Shown piece after piece: positions 13,884 through 27,627 of a stretch of 64,000 nt of DNA. The stretch's first letter is position 1. Each line of letters starts with the position of its first letter. Made by a program: the position numbers and the translations under genes. The DNA comes from Bugula neritina (lineage: Eukaryota; Animalia; Bryozoa): positions 13,329,133 to 13,393,132 of the forward strand of contig OZ037771.1 of the NCBI GenBank assembly GCA_964035545.1, read 5' to 3'. Below the pieces are notes generated by a model that was not told the DNA's origin, ran no database searches, and saw nothing but the letters and a program-made list of their open reading frames with translations.

Positions 13884-16459
13884 AACGAGCTAAAAAGGCT
13901 TGCTATAACAAGCAGCACTGAGAGCCAATGTCACTCCAAGCTGCCACTGTGACTTTAAACCTTCTCTTTGCCAGAGATTGAATTCGGCTGTCTCAGGTAA
14001 CCTTCATAGGAGCAACAGTACACTCCGTTAAATAGCAATTATTGGCAAATTAGGCTGAGTTAAGATTTAATTGTAGTTGTTTATTAAATATAAACAGAAT
14101 AATTACTACAACAAGAAATTAATTGCAATACAATATATAATATTACTTGATGGAATGAGTGTTCCCTATTCTCTGCGTTCTTTTACATTGTAGCCTACTT
14201 ACAGGGCGAGCGCCACATTATCACGTGATACTTTTGCCATGCACCCGTATTTTTGGGAAATCTTTACTACACTTTGTATATGTTAGTTGCTTTAGTTTTT
14301 GCTGAATCCAATATGTAAATTGTGGCATTTGTCAAGGTATATGATATAACAATAAATAGCAATGTGATAAAGAGTAGATAGACTACAAACATAAAATGGG
14401 GGGAGGCATTCAGTAGCCCATAAAAAAATTACGGATCCAATCTATCCGTTTACATACATTCTAATTCAGCTGGTAGAACCTAATTATTCCATTAGAAGCA
14501 GAATATTTCGGCACGACTAGAGTAGAACCGTCAAGGTGAAGATCTGATATGTCACTGCATTCAATAGATATCCCAATGATCAATTTCCCTATAAATATAT
14601 ATATATATATATATACATATATATAATGTAGAAATAAAAGAAAATAAATGACATATTATGCACTACTAATAGTAATATTACACAGTTAATAAAAAGTATA
14701 AAATAATAAAATACTCTAAAACTACAGTAGGTTAGAATATGCATATATCATACATGTATAATTCTACACAGTAACCAACCTGTACGTAGTGAGAGTACAG
14801 AGAGTGAGGTATCATCAGCCACAACTACAAACTCATCTCTATAGCAGGTCACTCCCTGAGGTTTAACCACATCTTTGCACTGCCAGATGATGTTACCAGA
14901 TGAGGTGTCTACTTTGTATACTAGAGATGAGTCAGACTGAGATATAATAATTGAACTATTATCTGCAGCAGACATACGTACAGGAGCATCAGTAAGAAAA
15001 GGGCAAGTTAAAGTGTTTACTACCTCCCCACTCAGAGAGTAGAAAACTAGAGTCTTTTTCGGCCTGTTGGGAATAGCTATCTGGTTGCATATGATGGCAA
15101 GTTGATTTACCCATTCTGATTTGTCTGCATGAATCCAGCTGGTGATAGACTTTCCATCAAGGTCATGAACTCTTACTGTTGAATCAGAAGACAAACTACA
15201 TATTCTATTATTATGCACCAAAATACTCTGCACATTACCACTCAGGCCGGAGATGAATGATTTAGTTACTTTGTTGCTCTCATCTATCCTGTCTACACTT
15301 CCACCACACGCACAGCATATGTGATACCTTTACAGGTGTGAACAGACCAGCAGCATGGGGAAACTTCAACAGAGTTTATCAGTTTAACAGACTTGGGTGG
15401 TGGAGGTGAGACCACAAGTCCTTGTTCAGGAACTATACTTGCAGTTCCTTCAGTGGTCAGTTCAATCCATGTGTCTATTCTCTTTTCTGCTGTAAGTATA
15501 TTGGCAATTAGCATTTCAGGATAACATAAATAAACTGGCACATACACACGTCGCTTTAGTAATAATAGTGTTGGCAAAGCTATAATATAATATGTAATAT
15601 TTTATATTTTATAGTTTATAAATACATAATAAACGTATTATTATTGCTTTCTGAGTCTGCATTTTATATGAAGCCAATTATGAAAAAGTATATTGCAATA
15701 AGCTTTTGTTAACAAAGTGCTATCTATTCTGTTGCATACTATTTTAGTGCTATCACTATGTATAAGGCTGTTCACCATAAAAAGTCGGTGCTTCTAAAGT
15801 ACAAGCAAGCATAACTAATGTACAGGTGTATAAATCAACACAATGGGGGAGAGGAGTTTGTGATCTGTAAACTGCTACAAAGTTGGCTTTAATCCAAACC
15901 ACATTTCTGTTTGTATAACAGTACTTTCAATTTATTACATTATATTATATATTATTTTATTATAACACGCATAATATAATCTCTAATCAAGTAAAACATA
16001 ACAGTGTCACGCTGAGAAACCTTTAAATTAAATGCGTATATACTACTTTAAGCTCCAATACTTCATTGGTAATGCTAACTAAAATATGGCTAAATACTAA
16101 TAAATAATATTTCTGCTCAATATTTGAGCATTACCAAGGTTATTACATGGAACTAACCTTTAACCTCCAGAGATGTCATGTTATTAAATGTTATAAGCTT
16201 AGGAATCTCTTCTGTCAACAGTTTATCAATCTTTTTCTTCATATCACGATTTGACTTGATGATGTCAATCTAACAATATTAAATAACGAAAACCTGACAC
16301 TGTGTAGCAGGTGTTGGGGAGTTGTCTGAAAATTGAAAAAAAAACATAATTGATAAACAGCAAAACTAAGAAGGATGTTATAACAATCCACAATAAAGAA
16401 GTTTACACAGCAAAAATAAGAATTTTTTCCACCAACTATAGTGGTGCTTAATTTTGACA

Positions 16460-16818
16460 GTACTATACAGTGTCCTATAGTATTATACAGTGTCATATGG
16501 TATTATAAAGTATCCTATAGTATTATAAAGTATCATATGGTATTATACAGTGTCATATGGTATTATAAAGTATCCTATAGTATTATACAGTGTCATATGG
16601 TATTATAAAGTATCCTATAGTATTATAAAGTATCATATGGTATTATACAGTGTCATATGGTATTATAAAGTATCCTATAGTATTATACAGTGTCATATGG
16701 TATTATACAGTGTCCTATGGTATTATACAGTATCCTATGGTATTATACAATGTCATATGGTATTATACAGTATCCTATGGTATTATAAAGTATCATATGG
16801 TATTATACAGTGTCATAT

Positions 16819-16819
<1 letters not shown>
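16460..16819. repeat. 20-bp minisatellite
   Basis: Unit TATTATAMAGTRTCMTATRG, about 18 copies. Confidence 0.9.
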
Positions 16820-17230
<411 letters not shown>

Positions 17231-17262
17231 ATCAAATTGCTAGCTCGTAAAGATATATTTAA

Positions 17263-17294
<32 letters not shown>

Positions 17295-18340
17295 GTAAAG
17301 TTAGCACTGAACATAATTAATTCAAGCAGTAAAAGTAATGTAGTGTAATGAATACATAATAGTTAATCTAGCATTCAGCGTTGCGTTTAGCACAACGTTC
17401 CACTCAAATAGGTTATCGCATCACGTGATTCTCACCTACGCAACGACTGCTAGTTGTAAATTCATTAATTAGATAACAGCACGCTCTCGCTCATTGGCTG
17501 TGGCGTTACGCTTAGGCAGCCCGGATGTTTGAGTGCAGACGTTGACCCTACAATTTGTGGAATAGTAGCGCGCTAGCGATGCAAGCTTATTACATCAATA
17601 ACATCAGTTTTAAATGATATAATTAATAAAATACAAGTGAATTTAAATTGGAATTAACTTAAAGAGGCACAGGTTAGTTTTGTTCTTCAGTATTTGTAAT
17701 AATTTGAAGCTTTCCTTAAGTATTTTTATCTATTTCAACTATAAGAATAACTATTTGGTTTATTTAACATGTTTATAAGTTTGACAATTTTTAGAATGCC
17801 AGTGTGGTCAGTGCATGATAGAATTTATGGCTATGTGTTTACTTCATAATATATTTCTCACAAAATTACAAATTCTTAAGGCAAGCTCTCCAGTGATTAA
17901 TTAGTTTATCACTGGATAATATTCTAATTGGCAGTTAAAACCTTATTTTTACACTTACAGTAGTTTAATGCAGCTACTAATTTAAGTGAACATTCATTCT
18001 TACTAATTGTCTTAACATTTGTCTAGTTGCAGTTATTACTTAATGTCATTTTTGTTATAGTTTGATATTTTTTAGTAGACCTGTAATACCGTTTCATAGA
18101 AACAAACTTAACCTAGCTAGCCACTAAAAGAAGGCAAGAGGTGATTAATTCAAGATATCTATATATGTTTGAATATTTTACAATTTCATAAATAATTTCT
18201 GTTTGTTTTATTTTAAAAACCTGTTATAGTTGCATATATTAATAACCTACTTTTACAGTTTCTTACGGCAGTTGGAATATGTAAAATAAAGTTACGAAAA
18301 CCAACACCAGTACAACTCATCTATAGTTAGTGGCGACGCT

Positions 18341-18421
<81 letters not shown>

Positions 18422-20397
18422 GTGTGTATGTATGTATACATTATAGGTATATATACCTATATAAAAATTATGTGGTGATATACCTGTGATATACACAGTA
18501 CTAAGTAATGAAGACAAATAGACACTTACCATCATCACATACACGAGCTGTAGGTACACACTGAGTACAGAGTAGTTTGAGACAAACTTCACAACCCAAA
18601 GTATACTCTACGTCTGCATGTGTCTCACACATTCTCTTCTCTAGTTTAGCAGCACGAGCTTTATACTCCGTCATACTAATTCTAGAATGTTCTTCAGCCA
18701 CAACGTCATGATGCTGCATAATATAAAATATTCTACAACTATATATTAGATAAAAAAAATGTCAGAATTTAATATATTAGCAACTATGACAGAAGTGTGG
18801 ATGTAATAAATGAGTCTTAAAAGTTAGTAATTCCTTTGATGATAATAAGTTACACAATGATGTATGCACATCAATATGTCTTGAATTCATAATAAAAATG
18901 CACAGAAAAACTGAATTTTGTAGAAGCTATTCACATGTAGTGAGCAATACACTTGCAAATCATAGAATGGTAACTTACAATGCCGTGTTTAGCACAAAGC
19001 AGCTTGGAACAAACTAAACAATACACCAGAGCAGGTGTATTGTTCACTCCTGACTTTGTACAGACTTCACAGAGTATAGACTTATCTATCTGTTTCACCT
19101 GGTCTGCTGTTGGTAACTTATCAGGTGTTGTATTGGACACTAGTCTGTAAAATAATTAGTTTTATTGTTGATACATTTTAGTTATATGTTATATATATAT
19201 AACGCAACTGCATAGTATAATGCTGTACAGTATAGGTCGGTTTTACCAGCCGGTATTATTATATTGCTACATATTACATGGCATGCAGATATTATATCAT
19301 AATAATTCATATAATATCATAAACCTACCGACATATTCCACATTTGAGAAAGTTTTGCTTTGCGTACAATTCATTCAAACACTTGTCACAGTGTGGGTGA
19401 GTACAAGGTAATGCCTTACATTCCTCTAGCTTAAGTTTAGATAAACAAATAGTACATTTTACCATTTGCAGTGGCTTAGATGCCATTTTGTTCTACAAAT
19501 ATGAGAGTACGGCTACAATCATGTTGATAATAATTATCATAATAATTCTCATGAAACAATTGAAAATAAATCCGTTCCTGGTTTTATTTAGCTAGAAGAT
19601 TAAAATTTCATTATCAAATCTAGTTCATAATTCACACTGTCAGTGAGTTCTAGTTTGTAATTTTTGTGATAGTGATGCTAGCTGATGAATAGCTTCTTGT
19701 GCTCCGTGCAGGTCTCAATGACTATCACAATAAAATTAAATGCGAAATTCGTAAAATTGTAATGATTAGATTAGTGATGCCCATATTACCGTTTACCACG
19801 AGCTAAAGACAGCTGCAATGCTTACCAGCAAAGTTTTCACTCAACAAAAAACAAAGGACAAAAACTCAATTGAGTTGATGAAATAAAGATGGCAACTCAA
19901 CTTAAGCCTAACTTATTCCTCCAAGCTTCTTCTAGGAACTCCGAAATGAAACTGATTATCCAAGTGAAAACTGCATCTCATAAAAAGATTAAAATTTCCA
20001 ATTAAGGAGGTTTTTATCATTTTTCTGCTGAACCTTATCTGCACCTGTGTCATATCTGCTGTTTTACAAGTTTAATGTAAATTATGATGATAATAAGTGC
20101 ACTTTAGTCGCATGATAATAAATTGTAAAGGGTACATTACCTTTCTAATAGCTCTATCTTTTAGCAGCATCATGCTTTACAAAAAAATAAAATCAACTAA
20201 CTTTCCTTATCACTTTTCCTTCAACAATTTGCCAGACTTGGTAGCCTATAATGTAAAAGTCTTGTGTGCCTTTGCAAAATTTTGCAATAATTATGAGTTG
20301 AAGAAGGTATTTGTTTCTTTCATACCGAACAGACATCCGAATTAGAAAACAATACTTTTGGCTAGATGTGTAAGACACTAGCACTGAACATGCCATG

Positions 20398-21213
20398 TGC
20401 TGTTAACCCTAACAGACGGTTGCTTCTCTTATTTATGGGCAAAATGTGGCTCTACCAGAATATATATTATTATAGTGTGGTCACCTTTAACCGCCATGAT
20501 CCTGTGCGGTTGGCGGGACATATTGTTATAGTGTGTAAGGTGCTATTAAATTGCAATGCTGAAGATGAACACTGTACTGACACATATAAAACTTATTATT
20601 TAGGCATTATTTTTGTTTCCAACTTCTAAACTATTAGTTAGATCTAAATTTTAATAATGTAATGATATGCTATTCAATATACTAATACCTTCTGCATATT
20701 ATTTCTACTGTAAAATCAACTCAAGTAATAGTGATTCCATTATATTTTTGTTTAGCTATATGATATAGAGGCTTGAGTGCTTGTATAGATTTATTTTCAT
20801 GCGAAAAGTTTCTGGCTAAAAATAAAAAATATCTTCTGATGTTTAATAGCATCTGCATATGTGCTTCGTCTGATTATATGACATGTTAATGTAACATGCT
20901 GATATTATATCGCGATATATTATACTGTAATGTGATATTGTGATATATATATATCATGATATAATTATTTATGTTGACTTTACATTGCTGCATGTATGCA
21001 TATCTCACTCTATTCAACATATATGTAATTGTCCCCTAATAAACCATTATTATAATATCATAATATTGTACACTAGAATTCAGTCTCTATAATTACAACT
21101 ATAACATCTGCTACACCTATGTAACATAAATTACTTTGAGACTCTATCTTGTATATTATTATTAATATGTTACACTATGCATATCATATGACTAGCAATT
21201 ATTTAGTTACATT
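20398..21213. repeat. Unclassified ~815-bp dispersed repeat, copy 1
   Basis: Colinear with 37942-38758; near-identical ORF-track peptides at 20366 and 37964. Confidence 0.85.
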
Positions 21214-22495
21214 TGAATCTGGTTTTGAAGGTAGTTGAACAGAGTCCTATGTATGATTGGCTGGAGTTATTGTCATGTCTTGTCACAATTGCTTAGTATA
21301 TTACATCTTTGTATAAGCATTTACCATTTAATGCATGGACAGTGGAAAGGTTGTTTTAATGCTACATTGGGTGTCGTTTAGTTTAGTAGCGGTAGTAGGA
21401 AAGTGTGCAGTTTGAAGTTTGTGTTGGTTCGAGCCATCAATAATATTTTTCATGTTGGGCATGCATGAGTAGCTATTTTTTAGGGTTTACCTATTAAAAA
21501 TTTTACTTAGTTGGTTGGATGGTGGAAAGCATTTGTCGCTGGTTTGAAGAAAATTTTTTCCCTATTTTGGTTTTCACTGTTGAACTAAAAGGTGGGTTGT
21601 ATCACAATATGTTTCTATTTCTATTTTTATTATTTTGTTGGATTTAGGTGTCGGGTTATATTTTAATTTTAAGTCATATCCACTGTTTGATAGTGCTTCT
21701 TGGAATGGTTGTATGGTGGTTTTAAACTCCTCCTCATTGCAGGATAGTGAGCTAAGTCTTTTATTTATATTTTCTGGTAGGTTTTTTAATACTGTAGGTG
21801 GGTGGTCGCTTTGCTTGTGCACATAGAGGATAGTGTTTCCTGGTTTTGTATAGGGTTTGTAGGATTGGTTAGTTGGGTTCAAAAGTTACATCTAGGAAGT
21901 TTACAACTTTCTTATTGGCTTCTATTGTAGTTGAGAGATTAAATTTTCTAAAAAAGTTGCAAATTTGTTTCTTGTTCTGTTCTATATGTCTAGGTGTTCC
22001 TTCACAAACTATGAGTCCATCATCTCTATATAAGCCTAAATTGCATTCTATGTTCATTTCCGTAGTTAATAGGTTTAGTAGGTAGATTCCAATTAGTTGG
22101 CAGGTTTCGGCGCCGTCATAGCTTCCCATAGTGACATCAAAATTACTGTCATGCTTTTTTGTCCATTGTTCACCATTGGAGATAAGGATGTACTTTTTAG
22201 AGTGTAAAATTATTTCCTGGTGTTCAGTTGGTATGTTGGTGAAATGTGGCGAAAAGGAAAGGGCTTTGTAAAGGAGGTCTTCGATTATTGATGGGTAGAA
22301 ATTGCATATGTCAAAAGTAATAAATGACTTACTGCTTTTGTTCTTGGTGTTTTAAACTAGTTTATTACCGAGTAGGAATTTTTCCATATGTTGACGTTGT
22401 TATGTTGCATTTATATTGTTCAATAATTGTTTGCTAATTATACCGATGTTGGATTTGGTGGGACTTATTAGTCTGCAGGATGGTTTGTTACCTTA
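21214..22495 (-). mobile_element. Penelope-like retroelement remnant (RT plus start of C-terminal GIY-YIG endonuclease), frameshifted
   Basis: FDICNFYPSI, VTMGSYDGAETCQLIG, GLYRDDGL, VNFLDVT, YVHKQSDHPP and a YIG motif; multiple frameshifts; cut by a satellite at 22495. Confidence 0.9.
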
Positions 22496-22915
22496 CTGTA
22501 AGTTACTTTCCTGTAAGTTACTCTACTGTAAGTTATTCTACTGTAAGTTACTCTACTGTAAGTTACTCTACTGTAAGTTATTCTACTGTAAGTTACTCTA
22601 CTGTAAGTTACTCTACTGTAAGTTACTTTCCTGCAAGTTACTCTACTGTAAGTTACTCTACTGCAAGTTACTCTACTGTAAGTTACTCTACTGTAAGTTA
22701 TTCTACTGTAAGTTACTTTACTGTAAGTTACTCTACTGTAAGTTACTTTACTGTAAGTTACTCTACTGTAAGTTACTCTACTGTAAGTTACTCTACTGTA
22801 AGTTACTTTACTGTAAGTTACTCTACTGTAAGTTACTCTACTGTAAGTTACTCTACTGTAAGTGACTTTACTGTAAGTTATTCTACTGTAAGTTACCCTA
22901 CTGTAAGTTACTCTA
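22495..22915. repeat. 15-bp minisatellite
   Basis: Unit CTACTGTAAGTTACT, about 28 copies. Confidence 0.95.
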
Positions 22916-24039
22916 AGATAAGTTCCTCAACTAAAAGTTACAGCAGCGCTGTGAATTACAGATTGTATCAGCAGTTTTTTATGTTTAATTTTTAATAGCT
23001 GAATATTGTTGGCGTAAGACAGCATCATGTTAGGTGATATGAGTCATCATTCACTTTGTTTACGATAATGACAGCATTTATACTTGTGACAGATTATTAG
23101 AATGTTACTATACATTGATTAACTTGTTTGGGAATGAAAATTTACCTAATTGAAAATATTATAGGTTCTAGGAATTAAATAAACATATTATTATTTGTAA
23201 ATCTAGTAGCAGTTTCATTGAATCCAGAGAATGAATTTTTAATTGTTTTTAATCATTTGACTGTATTTCATGCAATTAAAGTATATAATGGCACTTTGGT
23301 TGACTTGTATATTGACTACAATTAGAATAGGTTGGGGGCGGGGGGGGGAGCGCTGCATGTCCAAGTTTTTCAAAGCAATGGCTACTGAAATAGAATATTC
23401 GGCATGATGGTTTACATTGAATTTATGGTTCAGAGTTTATTAAAGAGAAGACAACTTGTAAACAGAGAATTAATACAATAAACTAATTCATCATATAATA
23501 ATCGGACAAATAGACTTGAAATACCCACTTCTGGCAGCAGATTCAGAGAGTAAATATATTATATCTGTTTATAGTACCACAACATTGGTGACAGGGGCTT
23601 CTCTGAGTAGCTACAGACAGTATTATAGTTTTATTACTCAAAGTCACCATTGCTTTGCAGCCCATCTTAACAGTGGATTTACTCATATGGTGAAATGTTT
23701 AGCTAAGTTTTGTTATGTTTCAATACTTTTATATATTTGTGAACATTGTTTATACTTGTGTCAAATTTTGATTGTTTTTTAACTTCAATCTATTACATCA
23801 TTAACTGCATTTGAATTGTGTTTGCAATGTTGTTTTTATTTCGATTATAAATTTGTTTTCTTACCTGTGATTAATGCATACTACACATTGTTATCTACTA
23901 CTACTACACTACAATACTATATTCTGTAGTAAGATTTATTTTTAAACAATGAAGCTACAACAATAAGCTGAAAATAAAACTGATGTAATAACTTAATGTA
24001 GTGAATTCCAAAGTACAAATTAGCTACACATAATTAAAA

Positions 24040-25139
24040 ATGGCTGTAATTAGATTACTTATGCTAAATGTATTATTTATTATGTCGTTGGAACTTTGTG
24101 AGAAAAGTTCGGCAGTGTTCAGTGATGAGCACATTTTACTAGTTGTGTGCAGTTTTATTCTTCAGTACAGGTGAGATTTCATACAGTTACTATATGAGCT
24201 TCTTTATATAAACTTCATATTTTATTACGTTGAGCTTGCCTAAATATGTTGTCTATACATGCACAAATAGGAAACTTAATGTATTAAAAGATATAAATAG
24301 ATACACAACTGCATGCACTTATTCAAGGAAAGGTATAATATAACTTATTTAAATATTGTATCAGTTTTTGATAAAATGTTGTAATATGTTTCTTTTTTAG
24401 AGTTATCTTCTCAAAACAAAGAAGCAGACGCTCCAAAAGAGTCCTTAATTTAGATATCTCAACTCAGACCTTAGAAAATTTTGTCACATCTGGAGCAGAA
24501 AATCCACAAAATTCACCTGATAAGAATAAGTCATCACAACAGGTACACAGAAACTTGGTGGAGAAGTTGGATAATATCAGCCCTGAGATGCTCGATGACG
24601 CAGAGGAAAAGTTGAAGATAGCGGAGAACAAACTTAAAGAGTTGAAAGATGATATAAAACTATTTGACAACACTTGGGACAATTTACTAAACAAAGACAA
24701 AAAGATGGTGGAGGGCTTCACAGATGACTTTGGCTCCTTAAGCTCAGAAACTGCAAAGAGTAAGCTGAACTCTGGAAACTCAAAACAATCCACAGATAGA
24801 ACTGATATAAGAGGTGAGACGACATTCACAGAGAAGAATAACAGCTTAACTCCATCAATTGACATGCAATCTGTATTTGAAAAGGATTGGAGGCCGTTTG
24901 ATGTTTCTCCAGGTACCTCTTACCAACACCAACGTCTGCCCGAAGCTTCTCAAGATGTTTGGCCACCATTAGCTTCCACCATACTCCCAGAAGACAAGGA
25001 AACACATGCACAGAAACACTGGTGGGGAGTGATCAATAAGATAGCGGCAAACAGAAAGAAGATCAGCTTGAGAAAGTCAGCCAAAGACAGAGTAATGAAA
25101 CTACTGACGTGCTCTTCTGTACACCCTTTGTCATCATAA
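24040..25139 (+). CDS. Orphan two-exon secreted pro-protein (~289 aa) with signal peptide, furin-type site and coiled coil
   Basis: Exon 24040-24170 (MAVIRLLMLNVLFIMSLELCEKSSA...) ends AG|GTGAG in phase 2; exon 24401-25139 follows TTTTTTAG and is in frame with track ORF 24555-25139; RSRRSKR; heptad stretch LDDAEEKLKIAENKLKELKDDI. Confidence 0.65.
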
Positions 25140-26240
25140 ACCTGTTCTATTGGTCACACCTGTGTATGAGTCTACTGTACTCTCTCCCCATGCATTGATC
25201 CAGTTAGTTCTAGACCAATGTTTAATTATTTGGAACAGCTGAAGGAGTTATTTGTCTACTGCAGAGAACATATACAACCTTAATATTTAACTGATTAATC
25301 CATCTTGTTTTATGTTTTTCTTCATATACCTCTTATAGTCTTCTAGATGTATAACTCATTATATATTAGTCGTGCTTTTTATGTTTTGGATTATTTGAGT
25401 AGTATACATATATTTTAAATGCATTAATTAAACGCATAATATATTTAGATTATTCAGGGTAAAATATTTCCTCTTTTAAGAATTCTGCTTTAGCTTTCTT
25501 TGGTTTGTTGATAATGATGAATAAACTGACTCATCATTATTCTGATCACGCATTGATTTGATGTGAGTGCTGGCATACAGACTAAGTAATTGTTGAACAC
25601 CACCACTGGGTGTGGTTCTCAGCGCACATTTATGTGACTTTCAAAGTCATAAAAAATAAAATTGTTTTGCATACCCATATCTGAATTAGAGCAAAATAAA
25701 GCCACATTTTAAATGTCTGATTTAAATACAATATGTAGCCTGCAAATTAAATATTGGGATTAGTCGTAATTTAACACCACCATACAACCATACCAAAAAG
25801 CACACTCTCAAACAGTGGATATGACTATAAATATTAAAATATAACCTGACACCTAAATCCAACAAAAATAATAAAAATAAAAATAGAAACATATTGTGGT
25901 ACAACCCACCTTTTAGTTCAACAGTGAAAACCAGAATAGGAGAAAAAAATTCCTTCAAACCATCAACAAAATATGCTTTCCACCATCCAACCAACTAAGT
26001 AAAATTTTTAATAGGAAAACCATAAAAATTAGCTATTCGTGCATGCCCAACATGATGGCTCAAACCAACACAAACTTAAAACTGCACACATCCCTACTAC
26101 CACTACTAAACTAAACGACACACGATGTAACTGTAAACAACCTTTCCACTGTTAATTAAATGGTAAATGCTTATACAAAGAATTAATATACTAAGCAACT
26201 GTGACAAGGCATGACAATAACTCCAGCCAATCATACATAG

Positions 26241-26587
26241 TGTTGTAATTTCTGGAATTTGTGGGTTGGTGTGCAATCAAGAGAGTTTTAGTTACTATAC
26301 TAGAGAAACTTCGCCAGGATAATTTGAGTTAATACTAATATATTTTATACACAAGAATACATCACAAAAACTACACAAATACATTCAGCTAATTGAGACG
26401 GTCTATACAGTTCACCAGCCTAAACTCGACTTATTAAACAACGGGGAAACTACTACTACTAAAAACTGTCGGTCACGCTGATTGGTTGTCTGCTGTTCCG
26501 GGTCATCTACATGACCCCGTGTTGCACTCGTGGGGGAAATAACATTCCCCCGTTATTACGCTGCTGGTAGCTCCACGAGCCACCACA
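26241..26587. mobile_element. Solo LTR (347 bp) with 4-bp TSD ATAG, inserted in the Penelope endonuclease
   Basis: TGTTG...CCACA ends; ATAG at 26237-26240 and 26588-26591; the empty site CATACATAGGACTCT is visible in the sister copy at ~21241-21255. Confidence 0.85.
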
Positions 26588-26979
26588 ATAGGACTCTGTT
26601 CAACTACCTTCAAAACCAGATTCAACAACCATAAAGCCTCTTTCCTACATACAGAAAAAAACCAACAACACACAACTCAGCAGACATCTGGAATTTAAAA
26701 GAAAACAGCACAAAATATTGCTTAAAATGGAACATTTTAAAAATATATAAATCCTACTCAAACCTAACCAACAGATGTAACTTATGTAGCTATGAGAAAC
26801 ATGTAATTTTAAAACAACCGGAGTTATCCTCCCTTACTAAACGCAAAGAGCTTTCCAGCACGTGCAAACATAAACGTAAATTTTTGCTTGCAAATTTAAC
26901 AGACGCTAGTTAAAACATTCCAGCGTAGCAATACACAAACAATGTAAATTTCAAAACAAAATCACTCAACAACACACAA

Positions 26980-27026
26980 CGACCTGACGAGAATAGCTTG
27001 TACTACGTGAAACAATATTGTAGTCG
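26980..27026 (+). ncRNA. Type-I hammerhead ribozyme motif in Penelope pLTR (stem II partly decayed)
   Basis: CGAC-CTGACGA-GAATAG-CTTGTA-CTACGT-GAAAC-AATATT-GTA-GTCG; stem I CGAC/GTCG; palindromic stem III ACAATATTGT; predicted cleavage after 27022. Confidence 0.8.
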
Positions 27027-27627
27027 ATAAAATGAATATATAAGTTTATCATTATATTCTAAATAGTATCAGTACCAAATATAAACACTCTAATTTTCGA
27101 AATATTTTGATTCACTTTTTAATCATAGAAACTATATATATTTTTTTTTTTTTGGTAAACTTTAAGGCTTAATATGGCCACCTATTATAACAAAATACAT
27201 AAAATGAATAATTTTGCATATTTGTATTATAATAAAATAGAATACCCCAGCGCTAAAATATATGAAAAGAGACATTTTTCATTTTGTTGAATATCATTTA
27301 ATTTCACATGTATTACATTTCTCACATGCTTTCACACATTATAATTTAAGTAGCTAATAAGAGAAAGTGAGTTGTAAGTGTTAGATGTCTGTATGATCAA
27401 ACAGGTAGCGACCAATTAGTACAGGATGGCATAATAAAAATCGTTATAGGTACAAAATATTATAACAATTACCAAAATGTTATAACTTCAAGCAACCCAA
27501 GTACTGAACAGACACCTCCTAATTTGTATAAACGTATATAATGTTTTATTGTATGTTGTAATACTATAGTTAGTAGCCCAAAGCTACTTTATAACCAATC
27601 CACAGCAAATAGGATAGAGTTCTTACT

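Larger units (their letters stand above)
25770..27140 (+). mobile_element. Penelope-like element 3' part (GIY-YIG endonuclease plus pseudo-LTR with hammerhead), degraded
   Basis: WYNPPFS, RCNC...LNGKCL, IY.ATV...SYIG, FNNHKASF, CNLCSYEK, TCKHKRKFLL; overlaps copy 21214-21720 in inverted orientation; ends in TATATA. Confidence 0.9.
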
